Assembly (NCBI RefSeq): GCF_018350175.1 | Contig: NC_058368.1 | Span: 109,928,001 to 109,992,000 of the forward strand | Direction: 5' to 3' | Length of the DNA stretch: 64,000 nucleotides | Source of the DNA: Felis catus | Lineage: Eukaryota | Shown: positions 1-13,846 of the stretch, in pieces | Position numbering within the stretch: the first letter of the stretch is position 1 | How the letters are laid out: each line of letters starts with the position of its first letter | Translations under genes and position numbers: made by a program | Notes under the pieces: model-generated | Seen by the model: only the letters and a program-made list of their open reading frames with translations | The model's database searches: none | What the model was told of the DNA's origin: nothing

Positions 1-51
1 AAATAAACATTTAAAAAAAGAAAGGACTGATTCTTTAAAAATATAAATCAT

Positions 52-273
52 GGGGCGCCTGGGTGGCGCAGTCGGTTAAGCGTCTGACTTCAGCCAGGTC
101 ACCATCTCGCGGTCCGTGAGTTCGAGCCCCGTGTCGGCCTCTGGGCTGATGGCTCAGAGCCTGGAGCCTGTTTCCGATTCTGTGTCTGCCTCTCTCTCTC
201 TGCCCCTCCCCCATTCATGCTCTGTCTCTGTCTCAAAAATAATAAAACGTTAAAAAAAATTTTTTTTTTTTTT
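52..273 (+). mobile_element. Can-SINE, young feline SINEC_Fc type
   Basis: GGGGCGCCTGGGTGGCGCAGTCGGTTAAGCG tRNA-derived head, (CT)n, A-rich tail, TSD aaatataaatca. Confidence 0.93.
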
Positions 274-488
274 AAATATAAATCAGAGTAGGTCATTCCC
301 CAGATGAAAACTCTTCATGGCTTGGGCCTTGGTTTACCCCTTATCTTCATAGCACCCCGGTCTCCACCTTCTCACTATACTCTAGCCCCACTGGCCTTCC
401 TTCCCCTCCCAGAATGGAAGTCCCACTTGACATTTATATCAGAATCTATTCATCTCCAGAGTGAGGACCAGTTTAAAAGAGTCTTGTA

Positions 489-700
489 GGGTGTATGGGT
501 GACTCAGTCAGTTAAACGTCTGACTTGGGCTCAGGTCATGATCTCACAGCCCCCCAGGAGTTTGTGAGTTTGAGCCCCGCGTTGGGCTCTGTGCTGACAA
601 CTTGGAGCCTGGAACCTGCTTTGGATTCTGTGTCTCCCTCTCTTTCTGCCCCTCCCCCACTGGTGCTTTGTCTCTCAGAAATAAATGGTAATAAAATTTT
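489..700 (+). mobile_element. Can-SINE
   Basis: Diverged SINE head and body. TSD aaaagagtc at 475-483 and 701-709. Confidence 0.9.
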
Positions 701-824
701 AAAAGAGTCGTCCAGTTCCTCTGTCACATTTGACCTGTAAATAGCTTTTAGAATTTATAGCTCTCTAAAATTATGATTTATGGTCTGACAGACTAGAATA
801 TAAGTTCTAGGACTTCACTGCTCA

Positions 825-1232
<408 letters not shown>

Positions 1233-1744
1233 TCATTCCCCCCTGCCAGGTGTGGGTTCCCTCTCCCTTAACCCTCCTCCGTCCCTCTCTTAGAATCCAC
1301 AGACATGGCACATGAGTCCTCCCATGTCACCAGCTTCACTTAACCTTCGACTTTCATCCCCTCCCACATGTGAGGCTGTAACTCCATTTGTTGGGTTTTT
1401 CATCCACAGCCTCCAGGCCTGTCTTCTTCTCTCTTGCATGTGAACCTCTCCCTCTCTGCACCCCCATCACAGAGAAAACTTCTTTCAGCGGCCAGACTTC
1501 CAAAAGAGTGACCTACTCTTTCTTCTTCCTTAGCACAAAGCCAGCAGGGCTCCCACAGAGCTCTGTACTGACTTCTTGGTTATTAAATTAAGCCTGTGCC
1601 ATCTTTTTATTTGAAGTTGGGACATCATCTGACAGTGTGCTATTCTGTGCTTCCTTCTCCTCCATCCCACCCCAGTGGGGGATCCTTCTCTGTTGCTTGA
1701 TCCTGCTCAGTTTGCCCATCCTGAATGTCAGAACGTACAGGGGC

Positions 1745-2805
1745 CACTGCACCACTTTCCCTCTCTAAAATCCACTCCCTTTGCTAATCTCATCCAAACC
1801 TATAGCATCAAATACCATCTACATGCTTACAACTCCCAAATTTCTATATTTAGTTCAACCCTCTTCTCTGAACTCCAGAATTATGCAGGCACCCACCTAG
1901 CTCTATTTGGCTGTTTGATGCATACCTCAAACTCATGAGTCCAAAATCAACTCCCAGGTTTACCTCCCAATCCTGCTCATCCCATTAACAAAATGGCAGC
2001 TCCACTGTTTTTCCAGAGACCAAAACCCTTGAGGCCACCTCTGACTCCTCTTTTTCTCCGTATACCTCCAGCCCTCATCCAGGTCATACACATTCAGAAT
2101 TTGACTTTGTCTCATGGATTCCAGCTCCATCACCTTGCCTCAAGCCACATTATCTGTTGCCTGAGTAACTGCTGTCACATCCAGGTTGTGTTTCTCGATT
2201 CCACTCTTGGTTCCTCCCCCAAATGTTGTCAACACAGAAACTGGGGGGATCACTGTAAGTCCGCCCATCTCACTCTTCCTCTTAACACCCTCTACTCTAT
2301 TAATATTTCTTTTTGCTCAGAATAAGATCCAAGTCTTTCCTGAAGCCTACGGGGCCCTGCCCACTCTGGCTCCTGCTACTCTCTGAACTTCAGCCTTTCC
2401 CTCCCTTACCCACTGTGTGTGCGCACATGGCACGCTTTTCTTCCCTTGTGTCACCCTCCTGCTCTGGGCCTTGGGCGTTCATTGGCTGTTACCTTTGCTG
2501 GGAATGCCCTTCCCCAGATATATGCACACTTTATCCCCTCATATCCTCCAGGTCTCTGTCTATGGGCCACCTTATGGAGAAGTCCTCTCTGACCCTCTAA
2601 CCTGGTACCACCAGGTTCTTTGCTGCGTTTATCATTTGCTACCTTCGTGCATTGATTTGTCTACATCTGTTTGGTCTCTCTTCTTTCACTAGATTGCTCC
2701 TTGATAGCAGGCGATTTGTTTGGTTCACTGCTATGTCCTTAGCACCTAGTCAAGTGCCTGTCACAGAATGGGTGCCTCAAATACACTTGTTGAATGAATA
2801 CATGA
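1745..2805 (+). mobile_element. L2 LINE relic (3' part)
   Basis: L2-typical AATACCATCTACATGC...CTCCCAAATTTCTAT segment and 3' end GCACCTAG...GTGCCTG...TTGTTGAATGAAT. Confidence 0.7.
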
Positions 2806-3210
2806 GTGAAAAGGGGGACCTTGTTTTTCATCATGACTCTGGTTCTATTCTGTCTCAGTCTTCCTCATGGTCCCTCTTGATCTGCCTGTCCCTTAACTAT
2901 GACCCTCAGGGTGTTGTTCAGGTGCCCAACTCACACCACTCATACATACCTTTGGTGGTCTGTCTTGTCTCCCGCCCTGGCTTTAGCCAGTACCCATATG
3001 CCGATGGCTCCAGGTCTGTGTCTTTAGCTCAGAGCCACCTTCTCCAGTTCTGGCTGGTTCTCCCATGGTCCCCCTCATACTTGGCCATCCACCCCTGAGC
3101 AGTTCCTCTACTCCCTACCTGCTCTTCTGCGAGGTCTTTAGCACCAGCTGGCCAGCCAAGACCAAGCATGCTCCCTTCTCCTGTGTGGTCTGCCACAAAT
3201 GAGTCACTAA

Positions 3211-3916
3211 GAACTACGGGGACGACCTCCTAAATCCCTGAGCTTATCTCCTTTCCAGTTCTTTCCTAAGCGACTGCAATAGCTTTGGAGCAGAGCCCTT
3301 TTTGCCTTCTACCCTTGCCACTGCCTGTCATCATGGTCACATTTCATCCTCACAATGATCCCAGTTTACATATGAGAAAACAGAAGGTGGGGAGGTGAGG
3401 TAACTTTCCTAAAGCCACTGAGGCCTCCAGTGACACAGGTGGGATCTGAGCCCAAGTGTACCTGGTTCAGAAGTCTCTGTCCTTACCTATTACACATGCT
3501 GCTGCCCACTGGGCAATGGGGACACCTAATCCAACAGAGGGGCCCCAAAGAGGAAGAGGGCCCCAAAGAGGAACTACGGGGACGACCTCCTAAATCCTTG
3601 AGCTTATCTCCTTTCCAGTTCTTTCCTAAGTGACTGCAATAGCTTTGGAGCAGAGCCCTTTTTGCCTTCTACCCTTGCCACTGCCTGTCATCATGGTCAC
3701 ATTTCATCCTCACAATGATCCCAGTTTACATATGAGAAAACAGAAGGTGGGGAGGTGAGGTAACTTTCCTAAAGCCACTGAGGCCTCCAGTGACACAGGT
3801 GGGATCTGAGCCCAAGTGTACCTGGTTCAGAAGTCTCTGTCCTTACCTATTCCACATGCTGCTGCCCACTGGGCAATGGGGACACCTAATCCAACAGAGG
3901 AGCCCCAAAGAGGAAG
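3211..3916. repeat. Tandem duplication, 2 x 346 bp (3211-3556 and 3571-3916), each containing a MIR fragment
   Basis: Line-by-line comparison at period 360 shows 4 substitutions and a 14-nt junction insert. Confidence 0.95.
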
Positions 3917-4989
3917 CACCAACCTCCTATTCACTTGGCATTTGTACAAGAGATTTGCTTTACTGCAACCCTCTTGGGAGGTGTTGGGCATTTTCTAGAA
4001 GAGCACACTATTATTTGGGACTCTTCCATGGCTTACTGTGGTCTTGTGCTGCCTGATACACCTGAGGACCTCTCTTACCGTGTCTTATCCTAGTTTTTTT
4101 GGAAATTTGAGTCATGGTTGGGATCTGAGCAATTTCCCTCAAGCTACAGGTTATATTATTGCAAATCTATGAGAAATTAGTGCCAATGTGGCAGGGCGCC
4201 ATTATTTAAACTTAACTGCCAGAAGTTAACTAGGACCACTCTTTCTAGATGGTTTCATGACCATTACATACAAGGAAAATTCATCAGGGGTAACACTTCT
4301 AAAAAATGATTAATTTAAGTGAAATAGGCTGGAAAACAGCTGTTCCAAAGCTACAAATGTGAGAAATGCAACAGCCTGAGACATGCCAACAGCCAGCACA
4401 GCAATGCGACAAGCTGGCTGCAGGAACTTGCCTGGGCCCCGCCCACTTACTCCAGGAGCTCCAACCCCATCATGGTCACCAGTTCATTCACTGTAGGTCT
4501 TCAAGGGGAGGGCATGGGGGGCTTTAGAAGACTCTTTTGCATTAATGGCATTGTTTTAACCTCAAGTAGCTAGGGTTTGGTGAAAGAGGTCATACCTTAC
4601 ACAAGAAACCACCAACCCAAGGCCAAGTGGGATACCAGTGGGAGAGGCAGAGCCATGGGGTCAGGGGGGGTGGGGTGAGGTGGGGAAGGACCATCTGGGG
4701 GACGCCTGTGGACAGGGTCTTGAGGGCTAGAAGGGCTTTCCTAGACCTGCTGCCGGCAATGATCTCTTGAGCCTCTGTCCATGTTGTACTGCCACTTTGC
4801 ATTTGGCCTCAACCTTTGTAGCGCCTCTGACACTTGGGGCATTCACATGTTTCACTCTCTCCCCTGGTTCCTTGGGGGCCACTGAGAACCTCCAAGCTAA
4901 CCTCCTCTATTGACTCATTGAAGACCCCTTCCTTTTGTAAACTTAGCCTTCCTTAAGTTCTGTGACCCATGTTTTCCCGGCTTTCTTAA

Positions 4990-5990
4990 AGCTACTTCTT
5001 TTGCCTGCAAGAGAGCCGAGGGCTCTCCAACTCACCGATGCCATTCCACTCTCCATACCTATCCTTCTGGATGTTTCTATGCTTGTGTCCTGTGGGCATC
5101 TCAAATTTAGTGCATCACAGGCCACTGTCATCTGCTTGGCGGGGAGCCTATGTGCCCTGCTTGTGGGGTACCCAGCAGCAGACTGGGAATGTGGCACATG
5201 TCTCAGAGAGTGTTAGAGAATGAACTGTATCCCCCCAACCCGCCTCTCCTCCTGAATGAAGAGTACTCTCCTCCTCCCAGCAAGACCCCAGGTTTCCCTC
5301 ACGGTCTTTGTTGATCTGACCTGTGATAGCATTGAAATCAACTCAATTCCTCCCATTGCCACTGGCACTGGCTCGACTATGTCACCACTGTCTCTCACCT
5401 GGATAATCACAACAGCCTCCTCACCTGCTTCTGTGCATCTAGTCCAGTCCTTCCCATCACTACCCTCACTGGGGCTCTGCACCTGCTCTAAAGCAACCTG
5501 ATCAGGGCCATGCTTCATATCAGGTCCTCCAGAGGTCCCCAGACCTTTGAGGATCCCATTAAAACTCTTCAGCTTTGACCCTTGGCTACTGTCATCCTGA
5601 TCTTGGGCCTTTCTCACATTCATGCTTCCCTCCAGGCATATGGAGAATTTGCGATTCCCCAGATGTGACCTAACATGTTATGCCTCTATGTGCTGCATGC
5701 ATGACATTTCCTTTAGAAATCACCAGTTCCTGCTTGTTCTTCAAACCTGAGCCCAGGTATCACCTGCTCAGCAGGCTTCTCTAACTTTGCCCTCCCCAGG
5801 TCAGGAGAGGCCTTGCTCAAGGTTCCAGTGCACCTGGTACATCTTTCCAGCAGCACCTGTTTGGCTGGCTGTTCACACCACTGTGTCCATCCTTTCCCTT
5901 TGAACTTGGGACCAGAAACCCATTTGTATGCCCTGGGCATCACCTCAGGCTCTGTGCACAGAAGGCGCTGCCTGACGAAGGAGTGAGACC
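4990..5990 (+). mobile_element. L2 LINE relic (degenerate, boundaries approximate)
   Basis: L2-like phrases such as CATCTCAAATTTAG, TCTCTCACCTGGATAATCACAACAGCCTCCT and GCTCTGTGCACAGAAGGCGCT. Confidence 0.55.
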
Positions 5991-6106
5991 TTAAACCCTC
6001 CGCCACGTGTTCCTTCCTGAGCCCTGGAACGCGTGTGGAGCCACACCACGTCTAGCAAATGGAATTTCAGAAATCAAGGGGCACACTGGTCAAAGACTAG
6101 TGTTCA

Positions 6107-6298
<192 letters not shown>

Positions 6299-6871
6299 TT
6301 ATGCTACCCCACAGCAACTAGCCCCTCGACAGGGTCACATGCCACATTATGCACACATGAAACCTGCGGTTTGGGTGCCTGTGGTAAAGGCATGAAGTGC
6401 ACGTCCTGGGCAAGGTGATGTAAGATAAGCAAGTGGTGTGTGGGGAGCAAGGAGAGAAAGTGCCAGAGGGCTTAAAATCACTACAGCCTATCAAGGGCTC
6501 TGCAGGCCCCAGGCTGTCCTGCCGGACCCACACCTCTGCCCTAGGGCACCGAGGGTTTGCCACCAGCACAAATTTTCCAATAAATGACAGCTGTGGCTTT
6601 GACATGCATTTGCCCTTTCCTTCTGAAAGTCAGAGTGTTCCTTGTTTGCTTGTCATCCACTAGTCAAATCAGGATGGATCAGATCATGCCAGAAAAACAA
6701 AAGGCTCCTTATTTTTAAACACATTTACATAGAGCACCACTCCTGGAATGTGGGGTCCTGAGAGTGCTGTGGCTGGTACCCCCTTGTGCCAACTTAGTCC
6801 TGCCCTGCCTGTGCCAGAAAACCCCTCCTTCAAGACAGCTTGCTCCCACCTCTCCGCCCCCACCCCCGCCC

Positions 6872-7076
6872 TTTTTTTTTTTAATGTTAATTTTGAGAGA
6901 GAGAGACAGGGTGAATGGGAGAGGGACAGAGAGAGAGGGAGACACAGAATCCAAAGTAGGCTTCAGGGTCTGAGCTGTCAGTACAGAGCATGATACGGGG
7001 CTTGAACCCACGAGCTGTGAGATCATGAATTGAGCCCATGTCAGATGCTTAACTGACTGAGCCACCCAGGCACTCC
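6872..7076 (-). mobile_element. Can-SINE
   Basis: Poly-T, (GA)n, and reverse-complement head ...ACTGAGCCACCCAGGCACTCC. Confidence 0.9.
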
Positions 7077-7596
7077 TGCCTTACTGGTTTTTTTGTGGCA
7101 GCCCCGTGTCGGGCAACAGAGCCTGCCTGGTTGCACCCACCTGCGTGCTCCCATCACCGCCCAGGGCTGTGGTCACTTGGGGAGAAACCCCCTCAGAGCA
7201 GCAGAGAAGGGGCCTTGGGAGGAGCTAGTTCAGTCCCCTTATTAAAGACAAAATACCTGAGGTCCAAGGAAGGCAGGGTACTTGGTTGAGGTTACTTGCA
7301 TTTATGCCAGAGCTGGGGTTGGACCCTGAGCCCCTGATCTGGGCTCTGTCCCCCCACCGTTCCTCTCCATAAAAGGTAAACAGGGCACAAAGATAGGTGA
7401 GGTTTGAGTCCCCCTCCCTTTCTCTTTGTCCCTTACTTCATTTCTCATGAAGGTAGAATATTAAACAGACTTTCACAAACGCTAAGAAAATTAAATCTAT
7501 GAAAAACAGGCTTTTTCCTAGCATGCTGAGAAAACCAATGTACTGACTTAATTGAATATCTGGGTAAATTTTTTAGTGTTAGATAACAGTAAAACA

Positions 7597-7802
7597 GGGG
7601 CCCCTGGGTGGCTCAGTCAGTTGAGTGTCTGACTCCCGGTTTTGGCTCAGGTCGTGGTTTCATGGTTTGTGGGTTCGAGCCCCATGTCAGGTTCTGCAAT
7701 GACCGTGTGTAGCCCGCTTAAAATTCTCTCTCTCCGTCTCTCTCTGCATCTCCCCTGCTCATGCACTCTCTCTCAACAATATAAACATTAAAAATTTTTT
7801 TT
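7597..7802 (+). mobile_element. Can-SINE
   Basis: GGGGCCCCTGGGTGGCTCAGTCAGTTGAG head, (CT)n, A-rich tail. Confidence 0.9.
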
Positions 7803-9562
7803 AAACAAGAAAGAAAACAATATAACAGGCAAATAGGAGCCACCATTCCACTTGCTTCCAGTGGCTCTGTAGGCAGTTTTCTGGGCCTTGAGCTGTTGGT
7901 GACCAGGAAGCATCAGAGCCTGTGGTTCCCAGTGTGGACAGAGGTCCCTGACTCCATGGCACAGTCTTAACTGTGCTGAGAGGGGTTCTGGGCAGGAGGG
8001 CTTCTGCTACTGGGAGCAGCATTACCCCAGCCTCTCAGAAGCTAGTAGTGCCTGGGAGCACCCTGCACAGGTCCCAGTGGGGAGTCCTGGGGAGCTGGGC
8101 AGCCTGTCCCTGAGAGCCAGACCAAGTGGCCCCCATAAGCACCCCGTCTCTGCTCTTAGGGCACCCCAGCTTTTGGCACATATTTGCTCTGTTCCCATTT
8201 ATCTTGCCTCAGCAGGGCCTTCTCTTCTGGACATTCTCACCTGGCAAAATTCTCTTGGTCACACCTAGGGGTCAAAGTCCCTGCAAAAGCACAAACCCCA
8301 GAAACAGCCTCCTAGGGCCTCTTGGAAAATCGACAGCTCTCTGACGCAGCATCACACTGAAAGTTCAGTGGACTCCATGTGGGGTTTGCAGGTGTAGCCA
8401 CGTGTGAGGCTTCCTCCCAGTAGGCAAGTGCCCTCCTCCCAGTAGGCAATGGAGTGTGGGACTCAACAAACATCTGACTTCCCAGAAGACCAGGCCTCAT
8501 GACCCAGCCCCCTGAAAGGGTCTGTGTGAGTTTAGCTTGTACTACGGGGGCTTTCTTTGCTTTTGTGTGCCCTCATCATCCCACATCTTGTGGTGAGACT
8601 GGACAGTTCCCCACAGCCTGTGACCTGTTTGGTTTTGTTTCTGTATGTCCGTCTCCAGCTCTGAACTGTCCAGCCTGGTTGTGCAGGTGGGATGGAATGG
8701 ATTCAGCACTGCATTGCCTACTAGGAGGGCGGCATCTGCCAGCCCGAAGCCCAAAGGCAGCCTTGGGTCTTAAGTTGGCCTTGAGTGGGGGCCACTAATG
8801 GCTGCCTTGCACACATCTTAGGGCCTCCTGCATGCTTTGCCGGTCTCCACTTTTGAAACTTGAGCCCCTTTGTATGAAGCCACCTTAGAAAAATACCACC
8901 TCTTAAAGACACACGATGAAAGCTCTCTGTGCATATTGCAGCCTACTAGCTAGGTTCAGGCAGCAGCAAGGGACAACTGTCCATGGTGAGTGGCCTTCGC
9001 TATGACTTATTCTTCCAAGGAATCCTAAAGCCTATTGGCAGCAAGTCCTCATTTTCCAGGCCCTGCTTCTGATTTGCTCTCAAGACATACCGTGAGCTGC
9101 GGTGCCTGACGTTTGGGAAACCATTCTGAGCATGGGTATGCATGCACACGCTAGAGTCTACCTAATACCATGTGATGTTCATGAGGGAAAAATGAGACGG
9201 TAAATATGCTGGTTTTGCAGGAGGGAGATTTAGCGTTTAGCCCTGAAATCACACGGTACGTTCTGTGGCTTCTCATACTCCTCCCCCATGCCCTGTCTGC
9301 TGAAGTGGAGAATAAGTTACCTCAAGGTGATCTGAACTCTGCTCTGGTGGACGGGCTGCATTGGGCTGAGGTCCACAAATGCACATACACCCCAAGCTGT
9401 GACTCAGGCTCTATAGCCCAGCTCTGACACGGGCCTATTTTTTGAAGCACGTGAACTGTCAGCGTTAGACCATTTTCGATGTATAAAAACGACAATATTT
9501 TTATGGTCCGATCTATTACCTGAAGATGGTTTCATCAATATAAAATTAAAAAGTTTGTTCAT

Positions 9563-9611
9563 TGGGTGTTGTATGGAAACCAATTTGACAATAAACTTCA
9601 TATATTGAAAA
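9563..9611 (+). mobile_element. Extremely 5'-truncated young L1 (about 49 nt of 3' terminus)
   Basis: Matches the reverse complement of the L1 3' end at ~35925-35960. AATAAA plus A tail, 15-bp TSD AAAAAGT(T/C)TGTTCAT, TT/AAAA cut site. Confidence 0.8.
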
Positions 9612-10071
9612 AAAAAGTCTGTTCATGTCAAAACTATGCATGTAAACATACATTGACAGAAATCGTGGTGGGTTTTTTCTTTGGCATTGCCTCAAAGTGT
9701 GCACTAACCCCCAACACTGGTACTAGCTCCTGGAAAAAAGTTGAAGGCCCATTCTGACCAGGAGCCCCTGCCAAGCAGTCTGCTTCAGTGAGGAGTTTCA
9801 AATAGCTTTAGATGGCAACTCTCCACTTTTAAGTTCTAATGGACTGGGGTCCACTAAAGAGACTAGCAGGTTTTGAATCTGCTTCTCAGTGTGTGCCATT
9901 TGAGTTCGACATTGACCTCCGCCCCTCCCAGCTAATCTGGCCCGTGGACTCGACTTGTGAGGACTGCTTGGTGTCTGGAAAAGCAGACGGTGGCTCGCGG
10001 AAAGATGGCCCATGATGGAAGGCTGAGCACAGGTGATCACAAGCACAACACAGAACAAGTAAGCTTGGTAC

Positions 10072-10098
10072 CTTCCTCTCGCCACAGAATGTTTGCAA
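10072..10098 (-). CDS. FSTL4: FSTL4 27-nt microexon (phase 1-1): (L)ANILWREE(G)
   Basis: tgctgtag|TT GCA AAC ATT CTG TGG CGA GAG GAA G|gtacca. It supplies the LANILWREE linker between the flanking exons. The ORF track does not show this frame. Confidence 0.92.
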
Positions 10099-11014
10099 CT
10101 ACAGCATCAGAGAATAGGGAAGCAGGAACGTGATTGAGGGAAGGAAAAAAGAAGAAAGAAATGTCAGAGTCTTGACTGTAAGGCTTCCATTCACGGACAT
10201 CCTGCTACCTACTCTGCCACATAGAGAGTCTGCACCGCTCACTGCCCCAGCAACAGCACGCTGACAGGACTCTGAACCTGGACACGTTTCCAGGTCTTGG
10301 GACTCTTGCGATTTCTACTCAATCTTTGAGATCAAGTCCCAGGATCACAGAAACGAACGGGATCCTCCACTTCTGTGGTTGACAGGAGTGAACAACATCT
10401 CTGCCAGAGCTCCTGGATTACTTCCAGAAGCCATGCTGATTTTCAGCTAGGATTCTCACAGGAAGACCGTCTGAAACACTTGTGATTATCTCGTTGGATG
10501 ATGAAGACTCAGCTTGGAGTCTCTGAACAAGGGAAAGAGACTAAGTCTATCACCCATGTCTATGAAATCAACCTGCAGAGCCACTTGGTGGCAGTGGCTA
10601 CAAGGGGGATACGTGGGGCATGCTGGGTAGGCACTATCCCTGGAGTATAAAGGTTATTTGTACATGTGTGCCCAGGCCAGTTCCTGGGCCATGGCGGGAT
10701 GGCAGCACGTGATACAATTCATGAATTGGTATCTATGTAGTCTATCATGTATGGAGTCTGCACCACTGGCCGGTGGGTGGATAGTACGAAGAATTCTATT
10801 GGGGGAGGGGCAGAGGTTCCAGTCATACAGCAAGCGGGAGGCAGAACTGGGACTAGGATATGTGAGCTTCTTTGTGGTCCTGGGCTCTGTCTGCCGTCCA
10901 GGGAGTTTCCCTCTCTGGGTTTTGTTTAGGTTGCCAGGGAAGGTCTGCTCACCTTTGGGCACCTCTGCTCCCAGCTTTAAGCACAGAAACATATGGGGCT
11001 TCCCCCTGTCTTCA

Positions 11015-11335
<321 letters not shown>

Positions 11336-11568
11336 TCAGTGTTGAGGTTAGAAACACAACCCCTCGGCAGGGCTGAGGGCAGCCAACATCTGTGATACAT
11401 ACCCAGGAAGGGCTGGAAGAGCTGAATAAATTGAAGGTGGCATGAAACCTGACTGGCAGTTTGTCATCATTGTGCTCAAAAAGCCCGCAAGACCTACGTT
11501 GGCCCAGATAGCCGGAAAATTTGGGGAGACATTTGTTTGCTCTCAACAAGTCTGGCTTATCTGACTTA

Positions 11569-11829
<261 letters not shown>

Positions 11830-13846
11830 TCAAGTTGGTGCTGGTCAGAGAGAGCCCCCGCCCGGCCTCGGGCCTGTGTTCTGGCCCCGAGACCTGCTCC
11901 AGAGGGGTGAACCGACAGGCAAGTCTGGAGTTGTCTTTGTAACCCGCTTACAATCACCCTGTTCAGCAACGCAAGCCCTAGAAGAAAGGGCTATAAAATG
12001 GATTGTAAGCAATAAACATGTCAGCCTTTGTACCCTGTAATTCATGGCTTTCATCATTATTCTAAATATGATCAGAAAGACATCCAACTATTTAATGCTA
12101 TTCAGCCGCTACATGTAAAGAGCAACAGCCGCTGCAAATTTATTTCTAAATGAATAAAATTCAGATATATTATTTCTGTTATGGGAAAGCCATTGGACAG
12201 GGGCTTAATTTTTTTTGCAGGAAGAGCTTCGCAAAGCACTTCTGGTCACTGACTGGCAGGGCTGCTAATTACATTACCACTCCGGGGAAGTCCATTGATC
12301 ATTCCACTGGATCACTCTTATTTCTCCACTTCTTACCCCCTGCACTGTGGATGGAAGGCAAGTGTGGCCTGCATAGCTCAGCCATGGGCCCTGGCAGTCA
12401 AGTTCGGGGCCAAGGGTGTGACTGTCTCACTCATCAGAAAAATGTGGGTGGGCAAGGTGTCAGCACCCTCCACAGCTTGCTGGCCTTTCTTACTTGAGCC
12501 GTCTGTGGGAGAGGCGCCTGGAGGAAATGAAGACTGTTTGGAGGATCCTCCCTCCTACCCGTAGCTTTGGGCCCAGGAAATGAAATAAATATCATTTTCA
12601 GTGGACTCGAGGGCTCTTACTTATCCATATACTTTACATACTTCCAAGACGGGTCGGTGAGAGTGTATGTAAAGGCACCTGGATATTAAATTCAACACAC
12701 ACCTTGTGGAAAGGTGGAAGATGGATTCTTCCTGAAGCAGGCCACTACATTTTCCCAGAAGTATTGTCTGAGAAAAGAAAGCATCTCAGTACTTTAGGAG
12801 AGAGATTTTTCTTGGGACCAGAGGTAGAACAAGTTGATGCTTATGGAGAAGGAGGCTGCTGGTGACCCCAGAATGTGAGCAAGGTGTCCAGTGACCTGTG
12901 CTTGGCTGGGCTGAGGACAAAGGAAAGTCTCCATTGGCCCATGAGACATGGACTGTGCAATTCCCCCTCAAAACTCTTTGGGAGGCTGTTAATAACCTCA
13001 TTAACTCAGTCTGAGTTTCACGTCTTTTCTCTGGTTCACCTGTGGGGCAAAGCTGGGGGGCTGAGGAGAAAGCCAAATGGACAACCAGCAAAGGGCATGA
13101 ATCCAGCTTCAGAATATCCCAGAGCTGTTTCCATAACAAGAGCTCAGAGGCACCCTGTGACAACCACATAGAGACTTAACAACAATACAATCTGAGTCAT
13201 TTCCCAGTTTCTCTTTGTTGGAGGTTCTGGGGGAGAGCTCCAGGATGTGCAGATCAGGCTACTGGGCTGGAGGAGGTAAATGGGGCTCTAGCAAAGGCCT
13301 ATCTGGAGGGCTGCTTACAGCATGAAAGTGCATCTCCCTTCTCTCTCTCTTGTTCAATGAGGAAAGAAACAGTAATTTATCTGGACAATTTCCTTATGCT
13401 GTGAATTTGGGAGAGGGAGGAACAGTGTTCAAGTTGGATATATCATAGAGTTTTGGTCAGAAGGGTGTAATTCAAGAGCATAGAGATAGAACTGGGGGGC
13501 TTAGGAGCACTAGACTGGTGGGGAGTTGGAGAAGGTGAGAGAACACCCAGAGTACTACAATGTGTGTGGCCGTGACCTGGGAGTTAATAAACTTGGGCTC
13601 TTGCTAGATCACCATTTATTTATACAAGCCTGCCTAGCAGACATAAAGTAAATTTAAAGAAGGTGAGAGAAGAATCAATAGAGAAAGAAGCAGAAATGAC
13701 TGAATCAATTAGTCAAAAAAGAATAGAACTGACAAATAAATCTAAGACTTGGATGTCTATAAAAATCAGTAAGCCAAATTTCTGGCAAGTTAGATCAGTG
13801 AAAAAAATAGAGAAAGAACATAGAGAATTAAAAATATGAAAATATA

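Noticed and set aside
241..275. A-run followed by T-run (apparent hairpin or terminator) in a SINE tail
   Set aside because: A common feature of feline SINE tails, also seen at ~7790, ~30535 and ~54830. Not a separate element.
8412..8449. 16-bp direct repeat TCCTCCCAGTAGGCAA at period 22 (and a similar AT-rich repeat at ~63758-63809)
   Set aside because: Ordinary micro-duplications with no further structure.
10579..10596. CTCF-like GCCACTTGGTGGCAG
   Set aside because: Mismatch at the nearly invariant AG core on either strand.
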